Below, one piece after another: positions 19,449-29,815 of a DNA stretch of 64,000 nucleotides; the first letter of the stretch is position 1, and each line of letters starts with the position of its first letter. Location of the stretch: contig CAYWEW010000002.1 in NCBI GenBank assembly GCA_964457775.1, positions 44,335 through 108,334 of the forward strand. Reading direction: 5' to 3'. The DNA comes from an uncultured Candidatus Saccharibacteria bacterium (GTDB lineage: Bacteria; Patescibacteriota; Minisyncoccia; Phycocordibacterales; UBA5272). The position numbers and the translations under genes were made by a program. The notes beneath the pieces are model-generated. The model ran no database searches and was not told where the DNA came from. It worked only from the letters and a program-made list of their open reading frames with translations.

Positions 19449-19676
19449 CTAAACCCTAGAAGGCAAATTACGGTGGACATTTCCCTTATTCCACCCAAGC
19501 ACAAAAGTTTTGTCAGAATCTACTGGTAAAACACCTCCTCGATAACCGACAGCATAACCAGAGTCAAACAAGTTCCGTTTTGTTTTTTCTTCATTACCAT
19601 CAGGTCTGGTTGGGCAACTTATATCATGCCCGGTGGGTAACCCACAATAATAACAAACATTGCGGTGCATCTTCAT
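19449..19676 (-). CDS. small hypothetical protein with putative CxxC...H...C zinc site
   Basis: CYYCGLPTGHDISCP; SD AGGAG; TTGACT-type promoter upstream and terminator downstream. Confidence 0.55.
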   Translation of the reverse strand: MKMHRNVCYYCGLPTGHDISCPTRPDGNEEKTKRNLFDSGYAVGYRGGVLPVDSDKTFVLGWNKGNVHRNLPSRV

Positions 19677-19763
19677 CTCCTAAGTTTGATTGTATAGTAC
19701 CACTCAAAAAATACACTACCATGTTTATATAAGATAGTCAATGAAGCGTTGATAAGCAACCCA

Positions 19764-19799
19764 AATACAAAAGCGCGTCTTACGACGCGCTTTTGTATT
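19764..19799. terminator. intrinsic terminator-like hairpin downstream of gyrA
   Basis: AATACAAAAGCGCGTC-ttac-GACGCGCTTTTGTATT. Confidence 0.6.
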
Positions 19800-19858
19800 T
19801 GTATTAAGTTTTCGTATTTTCATTTTTACCACCAACCTCTGAACTTGAGAGTTAGAAA

Positions 19859-19973
19859 GTCAGAAATTATTCCAGATGCGAGGCGTTACAGATTTTTGCG
19901 ACCAAGATGTACGAAAAGTACATTGCGGAAGCAAAAATCTGTAGCAACAAAGCAGATGGGATGATTTATGACT
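19859..19973. repeat. RPE-like palindromic element
   Basis: CAGATGCGAGGCG..GATTTTTGCGACCAAGATGTAC..GTACATTGCGGAAGCAAAAATCTG..CAACAAAGCAGATG, near-identical to 23003-23088. Confidence 0.8.
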
Positions 19974-22457
19974 TTATAACAAATTGAAGGAAGCGAGTGT
20001 ATCCCCTTCACGAAGTTTCATAATACGTACACCTTGTGTATCACGTCCTAAAGTTGGAATAGAAGTTAATTCTGTACGAATCACTTGTGAATCCTTTGAG
20101 ACTGCGAGTAATTCCTCATTCTCTCCGGTAACTACACGCGCAATCATGAGTTTTCCAGTCTTTTCTGTTACCTTAACTGTCTTGATACCACTACCACCAC
20201 GCTTTTGTATCTTGTATTCAGAAAGTTTTGTCTTCTTTCCATAACCATTACCTGTCATAATCAAAAGCTCCGCGCCTTTTGTTCCACCAGGAATTTTGTC
20301 AGACGCAACGATCACATCACCTTTATCTAATTTCATTCCGATAACCCCTGCTGCTGTACGCCCCATTTCGCGAACATCAGTATGACTGAAGCGAATTGAC
20401 TGACCATTTTGTGTGGTAAGAATAACACTGTCTTCATCTTGAACGAAAAGTGTTGCGAGTAATTCATCTCCTTCTTCTAATTTGATTGCAATTAATCCGT
20501 TACGACGAACGTCCTTGAATGACTCTGCTGATGATTTCTTCACTGTGCCATTCTTTGTAATCATCATTAACGAAACCTTGTCATCACTCTTACTGTTCTT
20601 CATTTCTTTTTCCATCGGTAAGATCGATGTAACCTTTTCTCCGTCAGACAATTGAAGGAAATTCATAATACTCTTTCCACGTGTCGCACGCTTCCCTTCT
20701 GGTAAATCGTACATCTTAATCTGATACGCCTTTCCTTTATCAGTAAAGAAAAGTAAATCACTGTGAGTTGAAGTCGTAAGTGACATTGTTACAAAATCCT
20801 CTTCTTTGGTGTTCATATCAACAACACCAACACCACCACGTTTCTGTGTACGGAATTCATCTGGGTCAGTACGCTTAACATATCCACCAGATGTATATAC
20901 GAGTACTTCATCACGGTCAGCAATCAAATCCTCTGGATTAAATTCCTTGGCTTTATGCTTCACTATCTTTGTGCGACGTTCATCACCATACTTTGCTTTT
21001 ATATCTGTAAGCTCGTCTTTGATAATACTCATCATCTTCTTAACAGACGCAAGTATTGCTTGCAATTCTGCAATCAACTTTTGAACCGCTTTCAAATCAT
21101 CTTCAATCTTCTTTCTTTCAAGTCCAGCTAAACGTTGCAATTTCATTTCAAGAATCGCTGTTGCTTGTATATCTGAGAATTTAAATTTCTTCACGAGTTG
21201 GACGTGAGCATCCGGTGTGTCTTTTGAGGCACGAATAGTTTTGATGATTTCATCAATATGATCAAGTGCTTTTTTAAGTCCGAGCAAAATATGTTCCTTT
21301 TCAAGAGCGCGCTTGAGATCAAACTCTGTACGACGACGAACGACTTCCTTTCTGTGTCCGATAAATGATTCGAGAGCACCTTTAAGAGCAAGAGTTTGTG
21401 GTACACCATCAACAAGAGCGACCACATTGTAGTGGAACATACTCTCTAGTTCAGTGTGCTTATATAAATAGTTGAGAATTTTTTGTGGGTGACTTCCTGA
21501 TTTCAAATCAATCACAACACGAATATCTTTTGTAGATTCATCACGAAGACCTTTTATACCTTCAATCTTTTTCTCTCTCACTAGGTCAGCAATATTTTCA
21601 ATCAAATTACTCTTAAGAACTCTAAAAGGAATTGAAGTAATAATAATTTGGAACTGTCCGTTCTTTGTTTCAAAAATTTCTGCCTCCCCTCTTACTGTTA
21701 CTCCACCGCGACCTGTTGCATACGCTGCACGTATATCTGATTGGCCAAATGCGATACCTCCAAGTGGAAAGTCTGGTCCTTTTACGAATTCACAAAGGTC
21801 CTCAGTTGTTGCTTGAGGATTATCAATCAAGTGAGTTGTCGCATCAATAACTTCTGTTAGATTGTGTGGTGGGATGTTAGTCGCCATACCTACCGCAATA
21901 CCAAGAGTTCCATTTAGTAGTAGGTTAGGAACAGCGGTTGGAAGAACGCGAGGTTCTTTTTTACTTCCATCATAATTCGGCTCCATTTGAACAGTATCCT
22001 TTTCAATATCACGAAGCATTTCCATAGACACCTTAGACATCTTGGCTTCTGTATAACGATATGCCGCTGCACCGTCACCATCGATTGAACCAAAGTTTCC
22101 TTGACCCATTACAAGTGGATATCGATATGAAAAGTCTTGAGCAGACTTCACCATCGCATCATACACTGATGCATCACCATGTGGGTGATAGTTACCGAGC
22201 ACATCTCCAACAATAGTCGCCGACTTTCGGAACTTAGCTCCAGGAGTAAGTCCCATATTATTCATCGCAAAAAGTATACGACGATGCACTGGCTTAAGAC
22301 CATCACGCGCATCAGGTAGAGCGCGGGATGTAATAACTGACATCGCATAATCAAGATATGCTTCACGCATTTCTTGTGCAATATTAACTGGATGAAGTCC
22401 TACGTGAATTGGTTTCGGTGCGATTGGTTCTTCAGGTGTTGTTGTCTTTTTTGCCAT
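19974..22457 (-). CDS. gyrA: DNA gyrase subunit A
   Basis: [22 protein letters not shown], GyrA-box QKRGGVG and beta-pinwheel repeats. Confidence 0.97.
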   Translation of the reverse strand: MAKKTTTPEEPIAPKPIHVGLHPVNIAQEMREAYLDYAMSVITSRALPDARDGLKPVHRRILFAMNNMGLTPGAKFRKSATIVGDVLGNYHPHGDASVYDAMVKSAQDFSYRYPLVMGQGNFGSIDGDGAAAYRYTEAKMSKVSMEMLRDIEKDTVQMEPNYDGSKKEPRVLPTAVPNLLLNGTLGIAVGMATNIPPHNLTEVIDATTHLIDNPQATTEDLCEFVKGPDFPLGGIAFGQSDIRAAYATGRGGVTVRGEAEIFETKNGQFQIIITSIPFRVLKSNLIENIADLVREKKIEGIKGLRDESTKDIRVVIDLKSGSHPQKILNYLYKHTELESMFHYNVVALVDGVPQTLALKGALESFIGHRKEVVRRRTEFDLKRALEKEHILLGLKKALDHIDEIIKTIRASKDTPDAHVQLVKKFKFSDIQATAILEMKLQRLAGLERKKIEDDLKAVQKLIAELQAILASVKKMMSIIKDELTDIKAKYGDERRTKIVKHKAKEFNPEDLIADRDEVLVYTSGGYVKRTDPDEFRTQKRGGVGVVDMNTKEEDFVTMSLTTSTHSDLLFFTDKGKAYQIKMYDLPEGKRATRGKSIMNFLQLSDGEKVTSILPMEKEMKNSKSDDKVSLMMITKNGTVKKSSAESFKDVRRNGLIAIKLEEGDELLATLFVQDEDSVILTTQNGQSIRFSHTDVREMGRTAAGVIGMKLDKGDVIVASDKIPGGTKGAELLIMTGNGYGKKTKLSEYKIQKRGGSGIKTVKVTEKTGKLMIARVVTGENEELLAVSKDSQVIRTELTSIPTLGRDTQGVRIMKLREGDTLASFNLL

Positions 22458-22515
22458 AAATTAACGAGTTTTAAGTTGTATTAGTATAGCATTAAACGCA
22501 TCCTTTAGCCAGTAG

Positions 22516-22854
22516 CTATTGGTTGTCATTTGTGTATGTTTCTTCCCCTTTTAACAATTCTTTTCTAGAAGTATTAATATTGTTTAATTGAACTTTGGCT
22601 TCACCTATAAACCTTGAAAACATCTCACTTGGGGATTCTGGAGTTGCTGTAGCTGTAGTGCTAATAATCAATTCTTCACTCATATATTTTTCATGCCAAA
22701 ATCCATAATCAACGTATAGAATAACAGCTGCAATCATTGTCGTAATGATTCCGGCAATGATAGCAGAATACACACGTTGCATATGATTTGACTGACGTCG
22801 AAGAAATAACAGCCAATGATGTGGGTGAAGATATTTTTTTAGAATCTTTTTCAT
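22516..22854 (-). CDS. hypothetical single-TM protein
   Basis: 112-aa ORF with one hydrophobic helix; TATAAT just upstream. Confidence 0.65.
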   Translation of the reverse strand: MKKILKKYLHPHHWLLFLRRQSNHMQRVYSAIIAGIITTMIAAVILYVDYGFWHEKYMSEELIISTTATATPESPSEMFSRFIGEAKVQLNNINTSRKELLKGEETYTNDNQ

Positions 22855-22980
22855 AAAGATTATTATACAGCTAATAGCTTATAGTCGATAGCTGATGGCA
22901 AAATACATACGGATGCAAAGTATTCAGTTATTTGTATGTATTCGCATCTCTGTTGTTCAGAGATTATCCATTAGCTTACC

Positions 22981-23110
22981 ACTCTAAACAAAAAATTTGC
23001 TTTAGATACGAGGCGTGGCTGATTTTTGAGACCAAAATGTACGAGTAGTACTTTGCGGAAGCAAAAATCTGCCACAACAAAGTAGATGAAGCAAATTTTT
23101 TGTTTAGAGT
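22981..23110. repeat. RPE-like palindromic element with 22-bp perfect terminal inverted repeats
   Basis: ACTCTAAACAAAAAATTTGCTT ... AAGCAAATTTTTTGTTTAGAGT around a core shared with 19859-19973. Confidence 0.8.
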
Positions 23111-23739
23111 TCGTGGAAGAGGACCACCTCGCCTAACTTCCCGTCGATATCTTTCTTCTTAATCGTAAGCTTCTCCACCGGCTCTATCTTCTCTGCCCCT
23201 GCTTCCTTCAAAAATACTGGAAGTGATTGCTCATCATAATCCATCGGAATAACTAGCTTCGGCTCAAGTGATACGGCGAGCTTATGTGCGTCGTATGGAT
23301 TAAGTAAGAAACCATCTTTTCCAACTGGAATAAACAGTACATCTGTTTCATCAATAATTTCTTTATGCTCTGGAGAAAGTGCTGTTGCGAGCGCTCCCAA
23401 AAATGTAATACGAATATTATCTACAGTTAGAACATAACTTGTATTTTGATATTCTTTTTCTTTCTTTCCTTCTGATAATTTTGTTACAGTTCCGAATCCT
23501 TTTATAAAAATATCTTTCACTTCATATTCACCTGGACCACGAACAACGAAAGGAACTTTTTCTCCATGTTCAGTTTGCTCAGCTCCATTATAGTCTGAAT
23601 GATTCGCTGTAATAAGGGTTATATCTGCACCATATTTTGCAACTTTTCCTTTTCCTTCTTTTGAAACTGGATTAACTGCGATAGTTAAATCCCCTACTTG
23701 TAATTTAAAATGTTGACGTCCAAAGTGAGTAATAATCAT
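23104..23739 (-). CDS. MBL-fold hydrolase-like protein (Lactamase_B_3 type, degenerate metal site)
   Basis: GPGEYEVKDIFIKG, DVLFIPVG and LEPKLVIPM motifs; HSDYN replaces HxDH. Confidence 0.8.
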   Translation of the reverse strand: MIITHFGRQHFKLQVGDLTIAVNPVSKEGKGKVAKYGADITLITANHSDYNGAEQTEHGEKVPFVVRGPGEYEVKDIFIKGFGTVTKLSEGKKEKEYQNTSYVLTVDNIRITFLGALATALSPEHKEIIDETDVLFIPVGKDGFLLNPYDAHKLAVSLEPKLVIPMDYDEQSLPVFLKEAGAEKIEPVEKLTIKKKDIDGKLGEVVLFHEL

Positions 23740-23831
23740 AATAGTATGTATATTAACATGAGGGCGTGCTTTTTTAAAAATATACAAAACAAAAAGGCGA
23801 CCAACGGTCGCCTTTTAGAACTTGAACCAAA

Positions 23832-24239
23832 TTAACACGTCAGTCCACCATCTTCTTTATCTTTAGGTGCGAGGTTTAATCTGATTTTTCGAAATACACC
23901 CTTAACAGCACAATCAATGTTATTTTCTGCAGAAATTCCGACATAATCCAAATTCTCTGGTTGAAATGACACACCCCAAGATGCGTACTTAACACCATTC
24001 ATTTTCAGAGCTTGTCCAACATACGGAATGAAATCAACATACTTGTCACCCTCTGTTCTACCGAAACAAGTGATCATTACCACCGCTCGCGAACCATTTG
24101 GATGTTCAATAACCAAGTCAAGATGCTCACCCTCACATGTTTCACCATGAAGACCAGGACGGTGAAGAGATACTTTCATTCCATTTTTGAGCGTAAAACC
24201 AACTTCCTGATATTTAGGACCATTTTCAGAATTAGACAT
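23832..24239 (-). CDS. hypothetical protein
   Basis: SD GGAGGT before ATG at 24239; terminator AAAAGGCGACC..GGTCGCCTTTT at about 23792-23817. Confidence 0.6.
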   Translation of the reverse strand: MSNSENGPKYQEVGFTLKNGMKVSLHRPGLHGETCEGEHLDLVIEHPNGSRAVVMITCFGRTEGDKYVDFIPYVGQALKMNGVKYASWGVSFQPENLDYVGISAENNIDCAVKGVFRKIRLNLAPKDKEDGGLTC

Positions 24240-24375
24240 AATTATTGATACCTCCAAATATTAAAATGCAAAGATTTTCAAGAAAATTTGTTTTCTTGAA
24301 CCCAACGTAACACTACTCTTTGATGTCAAAAATGTCAATAATCCCCTTTATTTACAATATTATTTACAAAAATAC

Positions 24376-24403
24376 TTGACAAAAGTTCCAAATAGTGTAT
24401 AAT
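24376..24403 (+). promoter_or_regulatory. consensus sigma70 promoter
   Basis: TTGACA-16 nt-TATAAT upstream of ORF 24455. Confidence 0.7.
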
Positions 24404-24454
24404 GTACTTAATAGTTCTATAAGTTAAATCGAATTTACCAAGGAGGAAATACAG

Positions 24455-24961
24455 ATGTGCGTTCTCATCGTTGAAGGTCGTCCCGTTCTCGTCGCCTACA
24501 CCGGCGGAGAGTTCGATGGATACACCCACACCCCCTTTTCTGCTCCCAGCCCCAAAAAGACAAAGGATCAAGAAAAGGTAACAACGGCGGTCAATATTCA
24601 AAAAGTTTTGAAAAAGGCCGTGAAAGACCTCGACATCATCCCGATGAACGGATCGGTAAAGCGTTCCAAAACCGCCATCAACGAAGATCAGAAGTTTGAC
24701 AGAAGGGAAAGGAATCGTGCCCGACGCAAGATCGTAATCGGTAAACGCACTGCATGCCAGGTTACGAAATACAACCTGGAAAAAGGCGCAGTGGTGACAA
24801 CTACCGAAATGCTTCCAGATGATTCTTATCTGGTTACAGTCAGCCACAGGTCGGCCGGTCTTCACGGGGGCAAGCCTCGCTACAAGGACCACCGGCTCGA
24901 CGCCATCGGCAAAGCTGGTGAACTGCGAGCAAAGCACAAGCGCCCCGTAATCCACCTCTGA
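24455..24961 (+). CDS. basic hypothetical protein, visibly GC-richer than the surroundings
   Basis: SD AAGGAGG, consensus promoter, many C-ending codons. Confidence 0.65.
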   Translation: MCVLIVEGRPVLVAYTGGEFDGYTHTPFSAPSPKKTKDQEKVTTAVNIQKVLKKAVKDLDIIPMNGSVKRSKTAINEDQKFDRRERNRARRKIVIGKRTACQVTKYNLEKGAVVTTTEMLPDDSYLVTVSHRSAGLHGGKPRYKDHRLDAIGKAGELRAKHKRPVIHL

Positions 24962-25328
24962 ACTCAACTTCACAACAACCCCGGCCTCGTTAAGGAGACG
25001 ACATGACTTGGTATCGAATTATCTGCCGGACATACAATCCGGCACAAGGGTAGCGGTCTAGGCAACCGACGCGATTAGAGCTCTTGTCCGCCCATTAATG
25101 GGACAGGTCAAAAAAAGACCAATCTAATCACACCACCAGAACGATGGGAATCGTACTGGTGGTTTTTGTTTTATTATCCTTGCTTATTGATTATTTTTAT
25201 TGTAGTATTACAACTATTCTATTAAGAGAAAACCGTTCTAGCGTAATCCCCGATTTATGTGAAGCAATCAATAAAACGGAGCCTAGACCGACGTGGAATT
25301 CCCACTTCGTGTGGGAAATTTATATTTT

Positions 25329-26417
25329 ATGACAACAATTACAGAAAAGGGAGAACAAATAATTGCACCATACGCAGTAGATGCAGTATTTTTTAAAGAA
25401 GAAGACATCGTAGAAGGTGTTGTAATCGCAATCGAAAAGGCAGCATTATATGTTGACCTAGGCATCGCAGGAACAGGTATCATTTATGGTATCGAGTTCA
25501 TGAATGCTCGCGATGTTATTAAGCGTATTAATATTGGAGATGCTATTTCTGCAAAAATAGTACTTCGTGAAAACAAAGAAGGTTATGTAGAACTTTCACT
25601 TAAGGAGGCTCGTCAGGCTCTTATGTGGAATGATGCGGAACAAGCTATTAAAGAAAAGCGTGTTATGGATCTCGTTGTTAAGGACGCCAACAAAGGTGGT
25701 CTTATCATCGAATGGCAAGGTATGGCTGGTTTCCTTCCTGCATCACAATTGAAGGAAGAAAACTATCCTCGTATTGAAGATGGAGACAAGGATAAGATTC
25801 TACGCGAACTTAAGAAACTTATCGGTAAGCGTATTTCATTGAGTATTATTTCTGCAATTCCAAAGGAAGGAAAACTTATTTTCTCTGAAAAAGATGGTGG
25901 AACAAAGGAATCAAAAGAAATAGCTTCAGGTAATCATTTAGTTGGTGACGAAGTTGAAGGTACTGTTACAGGTGTAGTTGAATTCGGTATCTTTATCAAA
26001 CTAGAAGACGGCGTTGAAGGTCTAGTTCACAAGAGTGAAATTGACTGGGGACTAGTAGAAGACACAAAGGCATATGCTCGTGTCGGAGAAAAAGTTCGTG
26101 CGAAGATTATTGAAATCAAGGATGGGAAGATTTCACTTTCACTTAAGGCACTTAAGGCTAATCCATGGAAGGAAGCTTCAAAGAAGTATAAGAAAGGAGA
26201 TGAAGTAGAAGGTGTTGTGATTAAATTCAACAAGCACGGAGCACTCGTATCTATCGAGGAAGGTGTTGCGGGACTCGTTCATGTATCTGATTTCGGAGAT
26301 GAATTAAAGCTGAGAACAGCCCTTTCACTTGGAAAGAGCTACAAGTTCACTATCACACTATTTGATGCAAATGATGAAAGAATGACACTTGCATATGGGG
26401 ATATGGCGAAAGCATAA
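25329..26417 (+). CDS. rpsA: 30S ribosomal protein S1 (four S1 domains)
   Basis: Repeated S1 motifs (NKGGL..GFLPASQL, FGIFI..GVEGLVHKSEI, GVAGLVHVSD). Confidence 0.9.
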   Translation: MTTITEKGEQIIAPYAVDAVFFKEEDIVEGVVIAIEKAALYVDLGIAGTGIIYGIEFMNARDVIKRINIGDAISAKIVLRENKEGYVELSLKEARQALMWNDAEQAIKEKRVMDLVVKDANKGGLIIEWQGMAGFLPASQLKEENYPRIEDGDKDKILRELKKLIGKRISLSIISAIPKEGKLIFSEKDGGTKESKEIASGNHLVGDEVEGTVTGVVEFGIFIKLEDGVEGLVHKSEIDWGLVEDTKAYARVGEKVRAKIIEIKDGKISLSLKALKANPWKEASKKYKKGDEVEGVVIKFNKHGALVSIEEGVAGLVHVSDFGDELKLRTALSLGKSYKFTITLFDANDERMTLAYGDMAKA

Positions 26418-26513
26418 TTACTACTATTAGCTGGTAGAAATATATATAAAGAAAAGCGACACCATTGGTGTCGCTTTTCTTTGTTATGTAAACACGTTAC
26501 AATTAAATTATAT

Positions 26514-26975
26514 ATGATTTTCAATCACGAACTAGAAACAGGAGAAATTACTCAAGCAATGGAAAATGAAGGTTATAGCAGTCTTGAACCCGCAATTTCT
26601 CCAGAAAAATTAAAAAATCTTTGTGAAAATGACCCTATCTTAATTCAGTGCTATGAAAGTATGATTTCATATTGTAATCGATATGCTCATGATGTTTTCA
26701 ATATGATGTATGAACAAAAAATCATTGAGGAAATGAATAAAAATAAAGAAGATACAACGGAAGCATACGAAGAATTAAAAGTCATTGACAGAAATCGCCA
26801 TAACTTACACGAGGCACTTATGGACTCTATAAATTTACTTTCACGTGAACTTGCTAAAAGAGAAATAGATAATACGTGGATGCATGAAGTGGTGTCTGGA
26901 GGACGGGCAACTTACGGAATATTTGCATTATTGACATTCTACAAGCTGTATGGTAAAGTGGATAAATCTTCATAA
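26514..26975 (+). CDS. hypothetical helical protein (DUF3232-like)
   Basis: DRNRHNLHEALMDSINLLSR motif recalled as DUF3232-like. Confidence 0.55.
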   Translation: MIFNHELETGEITQAMENEGYSSLEPAISPEKLKNLCENDPILIQCYESMISYCNRYAHDVFNMMYEQKIIEEMNKNKEDTTEAYEELKVIDRNRHNLHEALMDSINLLSRELAKREIDNTWMHEVVSGGRATYGIFALLTFYKLYGKVDKSS

Positions 26976-26993
26976 CTTTTATAATTAATCATC

Positions 26994-27167
26994 ATGAAAC
27001 AAATGGAGAACAAAGATCTGCTCATTCTGGAGTATGCGAAGCTTGCAACTCAAAAAGATAGCCATGAAACCATAAGCCGTATGTCGGAAATTATCGACAA
27101 ATTGCAGATGACTGACGCAAGAATTATGGAAGAAGCGACCCGCCTTGCGGTTGCAACTTTCAAATAA
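26994..27167 (+). CDS. small hypothetical protein (57 aa, not in ORF track)
   Basis: MKQMENKDLLILEYAKL...RLAVATFK; TATAAT just upstream and hairpin CCTCACGACCA..TGGTCGTGAGG plus T-tract right after the stop. Confidence 0.55.
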   Translation: MKQMENKDLLILEYAKLATQKDSHETISRMSEIIDKLQMTDARIMEEATRLAVATFK

Positions 27168-27223
27168 CCTCACGACCAAACGTATAGATATACGTGGTCG
27201 TGAGGATTTTTTATTTTATATAA

Positions 27224-28273
27224 CTATTTTAAATCAAAAGACTTTTGCAGGGTATTCATAAAATCTTGTAATTGCCTTTTTGCTTCTCTGTCTTGATTAC
27301 ATGTCTGTATAGCTCTCTTCATTCTCATTTGATATTGATCACTGGAAAATGTTTCTTCCCAAGCCTTGCACGCTGCTCGATATGAAGCAAAGAAAAGATT
27401 AGTTCCTAACCCTCTTAATCGAGAACTATTGGCTACTTTCTCTACATAATCATTAAGCATAACGACTGAGAGTGGAACTTCTGCCTGTAATATTGAAGCC
27501 AATATATCCACCGCCTTATTATGTAGAACTTCATCATTACTTGTTGAAAATACTTTATTTATAAATAATGTATCAATACTTGCTACAATTTGTGGACCAC
27601 TTGCTACGAAATGTGGCAGATCTGGATTATCTCCATGTTTTGGGTTCTTGTAATATTTTAGTAACATTAACTCTTCTGCTCTTCTAAATTTTGATTCTGA
27701 AAATCTATTACGTTCTCTTGTGAGACCCCCACTCTGTAACCATGCAGAAAGTTCAACTGCTTCATTATCAGATAAATTAGCAAGAAGGTTGATGTGTTTT
27801 TTTACTCGATCTAGTTTCTTTTCAAAACCAACTTTATCATTTTCTGTAGTTTTAAAATATTCATTACTATTAGTGTGTATATTTTTTTGATTAATCGTAA
27901 CATCCACCGCCGAAATAATTGGATCACGAACTTGTTGGGCTCTACTTTCTATTATCAAATCAGCACCATGATAATAATCATCATACAAACTTGTCCCACG
28001 TGCTGTAATATTATTACCTAATGCCCCTTTCTCAATACAAGTAAAAACAAGAGCTTCTGCATCAAAACCAAGACCTTCTTTACCACCATCTTTATTTTCA
28101 TAAGTTTGATGAAGGGCCTTAACTCGTTCCATATCTTTCACATACTCTGAATACAACCCGCTAAATGATTCATCAGCAACTATGCGATTTCGTTCGTAAT
28201 TTTCTCGCACTACTTCTGGGGTGTAATGACTCATTCCTTCAAGTTGTGATTGTTGTGGTTGTTTTTCTTGCAT
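27224..28273 (-). CDS. hypothetical protein with DD..G.D...DVT acidic motif
   Basis: Start MQEKQ at 28273; TSLYDDYYHGADLIIE...AVDVT. Confidence 0.65.
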   Translation of the reverse strand: MQEKQPQQSQLEGMSHYTPEVVRENYERNRIVADESFSGLYSEYVKDMERVKALHQTYENKDGGKEGLGFDAEALVFTCIEKGALGNNITARGTSLYDDYYHGADLIIESRAQQVRDPIISAVDVTINQKNIHTNSNEYFKTTENDKVGFEKKLDRVKKHINLLANLSDNEAVELSAWLQSGGLTRERNRFSESKFRRAEELMLLKYYKNPKHGDNPDLPHFVASGPQIVASIDTLFINKVFSTSNDEVLHNKAVDILASILQAEVPLSVVMLNDYVEKVANSSRLRGLGTNLFFASYRAACKAWEETFSSDQYQMRMKRAIQTCNQDREAKRQLQDFMNTLQKSFDLK

Positions 28274-28340
28274 GAATTTAAAATATTTATAGTATACCCA
28301 ACTCTCCACCTTTTGTCTTTTGACTAATGAATGATGGCTA

Positions 28341-28871
28341 TCAATTATACCTCTCCATCGCTTTCTGATACCCCTCTTCTGTAATTGTTTTTATTGCACC
28401 AAGAACTTGTGATGCAATACTTCGCAATATCTCTTCTTCCTCTTCTGTAACTTGACCCATTACATACCCTTGTACTTCTTCACCATGGATTGCTTTAATT
28501 TCCTTGCCATCAGTATCTTTGTGAGCTATGCCAATACGTATACGAATAAATTCTTTTGTCCCAAGACTTTCAATAACACTTTTCACGCCATTATGCCCTC
28601 CGTCTCCCCTGTCATGTGAAATACGAAACTTTCCATAAGCCAAATCTTTGTCATCATAAATAATTACAAGCTCTCTACCTTCGTGATATCGAAAGTATTC
28701 TAATATTGCGCGACCAGATTCATTCATAAACAATTCAGAAACAAAAATTTCACAGTTATCAATTTTCCCAACCTCATCTTTTATCATATCAAGCAGAATG
28801 CGCCCTACATTATGACGAGTGTTGGTATATTTACTTCCTGGATTACCTAGTGGTACAAGTGTGTATATCAT
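28341..28871 (-). CDS. pth: peptidyl-tRNA hydrolase
   Basis: LGNPG..Y..TRHNVG, FMNESG, GGHNGVKS and RIRIGI motifs. Confidence 0.95.
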   Translation of the reverse strand: MIYTLVPLGNPGSKYTNTRHNVGRILLDMIKDEVGKIDNCEIFVSELFMNESGRAILEYFRYHEGRELVIIYDDKDLAYGKFRISHDRGDGGHNGVKSVIESLGTKEFIRIRIGIAHKDTDGKEIKAIHGEEVQGYVMGQVTEEEEEILRSIASQVLGAIKTITEEGYQKAMERYN

Positions 28872-29053
28872 TGGAATATAGTGTACCATAGTTGTAATTC
28901 TAGTATATTTATAAGGTTTTTTATTCAAAAAATAATAATTATAAATTTTAAATTTTAAATCAATTTTAAATTAATTAATAATTGAAAATTGAAAATTGAA
29001 AATTAATACAAAAAGTTGCATGATACATTTCAAATCTATATACTGAGCTCACA

Positions 29054-29779
29054 ATGTTTTCTTCTATCACGAACGTAATTCTTTCTTCACTGTCTGATGT
29101 ATCTCAAAATCCAGTTTCGATTGCTATTTTTAGTATTCTTTTTGTTTTTATTATTGCACTGATTCTCGCAACTTTTTTTACTTCATGGAGAGACAGACTT
29201 ATCACTGTAAAACTTCTTGAAGAAGATGAAGAACCTTCTTCTTTATTATTTTGGATTATCGGTATTATTATTATCGTAAAATTAGTACAAGGATTTATAA
29301 TTCAACCTTTTATCGTAGATGGTGGTTCAATGTTACCAACATATCACAATGGAGAATTTCTTTTAGTTGATAAATTTTCATATTTATTCCAAAAACCACA
29401 TAGAGGAGATATTATGATTTTCAAACTTTATGAAAACAATAACAATCCATATGAAGGTAAGCATTTAATTAAGCGTGTTATTGGTTTACCCGGTGATCAC
29501 GTTGTTGTAAGAGATGGTATTACTACAATTTTTAATACTAACAACCCACAAGGATTCGTATTAGATGAGTCATTTGTAAGTTACAAGGATTTACATAAGA
29601 ACACAGACATAACATTAGATGAAAATCATTACTTTATGATGGGCGACAACCGAGCACAAAGTTATGATAGTCGTGACTGGGGTCCACTTGATAAAGATAA
29701 TATCAAAGGACAAGTGCTTTTTAGAATATACCCTTTTAATAAAGCTGGGTATGAGCCAGGGCGATATACATATCCATAA
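29054..29779 (+). CDS. lepB: signal peptidase I
   Basis: GGSMLPT, IKRVIGLPGD and MGDNR..S.DSR.WG motifs. Confidence 0.95.
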   Translation: MFSSITNVILSSLSDVSQNPVSIAIFSILFVFIIALILATFFTSWRDRLITVKLLEEDEEPSSLLFWIIGIIIIVKLVQGFIIQPFIVDGGSMLPTYHNGEFLLVDKFSYLFQKPHRGDIMIFKLYENNNNPYEGKHLIKRVIGLPGDHVVVRDGITTIFNTNNPQGFVLDESFVSYKDLHKNTDITLDENHYFMMGDNRAQSYDSRDWGPLDKDNIKGQVLFRIYPFNKAGYEPGRYTYP

Positions 29780-29815
29780 TAAATAGTTATACTTTAATTA
29801 CAACTTACATAATAT

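Noticed and set aside
24335-24973. 212-aa minus-strand ORF
   Set aside because: Antisense shadow of 24455..24961, which has the promoter and SD.
28930-29010. AT-rich TTGAAAA repeats as a replication origin
   Set aside because: No DnaA-box cluster or dnaA gene nearby; fits the genome's generic heptamer repeat style.
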